From Methanocorpusculum parvum (GTDB lineage Archaea > Halobacteriota > Methanomicrobia > Methanomicrobiales > Methanocorpusculaceae), in the NCBI RefSeq assembly GCF_002287215.1, contig NZ_LMVO01000023.1: 24,000 nucleotides of DNA. The stretch is one strand, 5' to 3'. The notes below the pieces were generated by a model, which did not search any database, was not told where the DNA came from, and worked only from the letters and a program-made list of their open reading frames with translations. Numbering within the stretch: the first letter of the stretch is position 1; each line of letters begins with the position of its first letter. The translations under genes and the position numbers were made by a program. Shown here piece after piece: positions 21,348 through 24,000 of this stretch.

Positions 21348-22862
21348 ATGATAACTGGTGATCTGAAGAATAAAATCGACGCTCTCTGGAATATATTCTG
21401 GACGGGGGGATTGACCAATCCCCTGGATGTGATCGAACAGATAACCTATCTGATGTTTATCCGTGATCTGGATGAGATGGACAACATCAAATCGAAGGAG
21501 TCGGTGATGCTGAGTGTCCCGTATTCCAGTATTTTTGCGGGCGAGATTAAGATTAAGCGGGAGATTAAGAATGATGAGGAGCCGATTCCTGCAACTCAGC
21601 TGAAGTGGTCGGTGTTCCGCGATTTTCCGGCTGCAAAGATGTATGATATCATGCAGCTTGGTGTATTCCCGTTTATCAAAACGCTGCATGCGGATAAGAA
21701 CAGCGCCTATTCGAAGTATATGGATGACGCGATTTTCAAGGTGCCGACTCCGCAGAAGTTGTCCCAGGTCATTGATGCGCTGGATGATATTTTTGCGATG
21801 GTGAAATCTGATGCGAAGGATGATACCCGCGGGGATCTGTATGAGTATCTTCTTTCGAAGATTTCAACGGCAGGAACGAATGGTCAGTTCAGAACGCCGC
21901 GTCATATTATCCGGATGATCGTCGAGATGATGGCTCCAAAGCCGGGAGAGGTGATCTGCGATCCGGCATGCGGGACGGGCGGGTTTCTGGTGTCTTCGGT
22001 GGATTATCTCAAAGAGAAGTATCTGAAGGAGATCTTTTACGATAAGTTGCAGCTTGCGCATTTCAATAAGGAAATGTTTACGGGTTTTGATATGGACCGG
22101 ACGATGCTTCGTATCGGGGCGATGAATATGATGACGCACGGGGTGGAGAATCCAAGAATCGGGTATCGGGATTCTTTGTCGGATCAGAATCCCGATTTGA
22201 ATAAGTATTCGCTGATTATGACGAATCCGCCGTTTAAGGGGAGTCTGGATTATGATATCGTTTCTGCGGATCTTTTGCGTGTTGCGAAGACGAAGAAGAC
22301 GGAGCTTTTGTTTCTGGCGTTGTTTTTGCGGATGCTGAAGATCGGGGGGCGCTGTGCGTCGATCGTGCCTGACGGGGTGTTGTTTGGTTCGTCTACGGCG
22401 CATAAGGCGGTGCGGCAGGAGATCATTGAGAATAACCGGCTGGAGGCGGTCATCTCAATGCCGTCCGGGGTGTTTAAGCCGTATGCCGGAGTTTCAACGG
22501 CGATCCTGATTTTTACGAAGACGAATCACGGGGGTACGGATAAGGTCTGGTTCTATGATATGGAGGCGGACGGGTTCAGTCTTGATGATAAGAGGAGTCA
22601 GACGAAGGAAAACGATATTCCGGATATCGTTGCCCGGTTCCATGATCTGGCGAAGGAGGAGACACGCGAACGAACGGAGAAGAGTTTCTTTGTCCCAAAG
22701 GCGGAGATCGCGGCGAATGCGTATGATCTTTCGATCAATAAATACAAGAAGGTCATCTATGAGAAGGTTGAGTATCAGTCGACCTCGGAGATCTTGTCGG
22801 AGCTGAAGGTGCTCGAAGAGGAGATCTCCTACGGGATCTCGGAGCTGAAGAGGATTCTGTAA
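21348..22862 (+). CDS. hsdM: Type I restriction-modification system, DNA methyltransferase subunit M (N6-adenine)
   Basis: 504 aa from the ATG at 21348 (the track uses TTG at 21342). It has an HsdM N-terminal domain (LKNKIDALWNIFWTGGL...), GQFRTPRHI, AdoMet motif I DPACGTGGFL and catalytic motif IV NPPF (MTNPPFKG). Confidence 0.93.
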   Translation: MITGDLKNKIDALWNIFWTGGLTNPLDVIEQITYLMFIRDLDEMDNIKSKESVMLSVPYSSIFAGEIKIKREIKNDEEPIPATQLKWSVFRDFPAAKMYDIMQLGVFPFIKTLHADKNSAYSKYMDDAIFKVPTPQKLSQVIDALDDIFAMVKSDAKDDTRGDLYEYLLSKISTAGTNGQFRTPRHIIRMIVEMMAPKPGEVICDPACGTGGFLVSSVDYLKEKYLKEIFYDKLQLAHFNKEMFTGFDMDRTMLRIGAMNMMTHGVENPRIGYRDSLSDQNPDLNKYSLIMTNPPFKGSLDYDIVSADLLRVAKTKKTELLFLALFLRMLKIGGRCASIVPDGVLFGSSTAHKAVRQEIIENNRLEAVISMPSGVFKPYAGVSTAILIFTKTNHGGTDKVWFYDMEADGFSLDDKRSQTKENDIPDIVARFHDLAKEETRERTEKSFFVPKAEIAANAYDLSINKYKKVIYEKVEYQSTSEILSELKVLEEEISYGISELKRIL

Positions 22863-22875
22863 CGTGACGGGAATT

Positions 22876-24000
22876 ATGACAGGTAAATGGGAGAGAGTAA
22901 GGCTGGGAGATATTGTAAAAATTACTAAAGGTACTAAAGTGGAACAAATTGATCCGTCTATAGGGACAATCCGATTCCATCAAATAGGGGATTTACGAGA
23001 TGATAATTGTATAAAATGGTGTGCTTCATCAGATAAATATACCCAGATCACTCCAGACGATGTTGTCATAGCTTGGGATGGGGCAAATGCGGGAACTATT
23101 GGTTATGGGTTGTCTGGAGTAATTGGAAGCACTCTTGCAAAAATTTCATTTAACAGACCGTTAGTTAGTGAATACATTGGATTGTATCTCCAAGGGAAAT
23201 TTGCATATCTTCAGGAAACATGTAACGGAGCGACAATCCCACATATAAATCGAAAAGCATTAGATAACCTCCAACTGCCTCTCCCGCCCCTTGACGAGCA
23301 GAAGCGGATCGCCGACGTGCTCGACAAAGCGTCGGAGCTGATCAAAAAACGCAAAGAGCAGATCCGGCTGATGGATGAGCTTGCGAAGAGCCTCTTCATC
23401 GAGATGTTCGGCGACCCGGTGGAGAATCCGATGGGGTGGGATAAAATTCCGTTGGGAAAGAAATGTAATATTGTTACTGGCAACACTCCCTCTAGAGCTG
23501 AACCCGAAAATTATGGATCATACATCGAGTGGATTAAGTCTGATAATATCAACACGCCTTTTTCAACCCTAACTCCAGCAAAGGAATATTTATCTGAGCT
23601 TGGTCTCTCTAAAGGTAGATTTGTAGAAGGTAACTCTGTATTGATGACATGTATCGCGGGGAGTATAAGTTGTATTGGAAATTGTTCTATAGCCAATAGA
23701 AGAGTTGCATTTAATCAACAAATTAATGCTATTATTCCAAAAGGAGAGAACACGTGGTATCTCTATTATCTCTTCACTCTTTCAAAATTATATATTCAGA
23801 GTACAATTAATATGTCATTAAAGGGTATTTTAAGTAAAGGGCAACTAGCAAAACTAGAGTTTATGTTCCCCCCTATCTCCCTCCAAAATGAATTTGCCGA
23901 CCGTATCACGGTAATCGAACAGCAGAAAGCCCTTTTGCAGAACGGACTCGCCAAGATGGAGACCGCGTATAAGGCATTGATGCAGGAATACTTCGGGTGA
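22876..24000 (+). CDS. hsdS: Type I restriction-modification system, specificity subunit S
   Basis: There are two target-recognition domains. They are separated by the conserved central helix LPLPPLDEQKRIADVLDKASELIKKRKEQIRLMDELAKSLFIEMFGDP and followed by the C-terminal conserved helix PPISLQNEFADRITVIEQQKALLQNGLAKMETAYKALMQEYF. The start is ATG 22876 (alternative GTG 22864, 1 nt after the hsdM stop). The stop is at 23998-24000. Confidence 0.9.
   Translation: MTGKWERVRLGDIVKITKGTKVEQIDPSIGTIRFHQIGDLRDDNCIKWCASSDKYTQITPDDVVIAWDGANAGTIGYGLSGVIGSTLAKISFNRPLVSEYIGLYLQGKFAYLQETCNGATIPHINRKALDNLQLPLPPLDEQKRIADVLDKASELIKKRKEQIRLMDELAKSLFIEMFGDPVENPMGWDKIPLGKKCNIVTGNTPSRAEPENYGSYIEWIKSDNINTPFSTLTPAKEYLSELGLSKGRFVEGNSVLMTCIAGSISCIGNCSIANRRVAFNQQINAIIPKGENTWYLYYLFTLSKLYIQSTINMSLKGILSKGQLAKLEFMFPPISLQNEFADRITVIEQQKALLQNGLAKMETAYKALMQEYFG

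Noticed and set aside
1-24000. CRISPR arrays, rRNA genes, IS elements, transposases or integrases, prophage genes
   Set aside because: I saw no regularly spaced direct repeats, no rRNA-like sequence, and no ORF with DDE-transposase, tyrosine-recombinase or serine-recombinase motifs on either strand.

Overview
The window looks like archaeal chromosome, probably a methanogen-type euryarchaeon. This is inferred from a proteasome-activating nucleotidase (PAN), TATA boxes about 25-30 nt upstream of start codons suggesting leaderless transcripts, oligo-T terminators, and an archaeal-style tRNA with no encoded CCA. Left to right it contains: a truncated unknown ORF plus a glutamine-synthetase-family gene (-); PAN followed by a coupled unknown ORF and an RHH protein (+); a membrane protein plus a TIM-barrel sugar-phosphate isomerase (-); two tandem paralogous membrane proteins (+); two small membrane proteins (-); tRNA-Arg(GCG). 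Next comes an eight-gene, translationally coupled minus-strand operon (8218-16012) encoding MoxR AAA+, DUF58, DUF4350, two DUF4129 proteins and three membrane proteins. The most interesting region is a co-directional minus-strand metal(loid) locus (16140-21110): a Cys-rich AbrB-like protein, hgcA and hgcB (mercury methylation; NVWCAAGK signature verified at codon level), then a promoter followed by an arsD-like gene, arsR, a 10-Cys micro-ORF, an arsP-like permease, arsC and acr3. Nearly every soluble protein in this locus carries vicinal-Cys tails, there is no arsM and there are no mer genes, and phased TTCTGA hexamers bracket the hgc promoter. The window ends with Type I R-M hsdM-hsdS (+), whose S subunit has AT-rich target-recognition domains set in GC-rich conserved spacers. 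I found no CRISPR array, rRNA, transposase or integrase. All family calls rest on motifs I recognised by eye; no database search was run.
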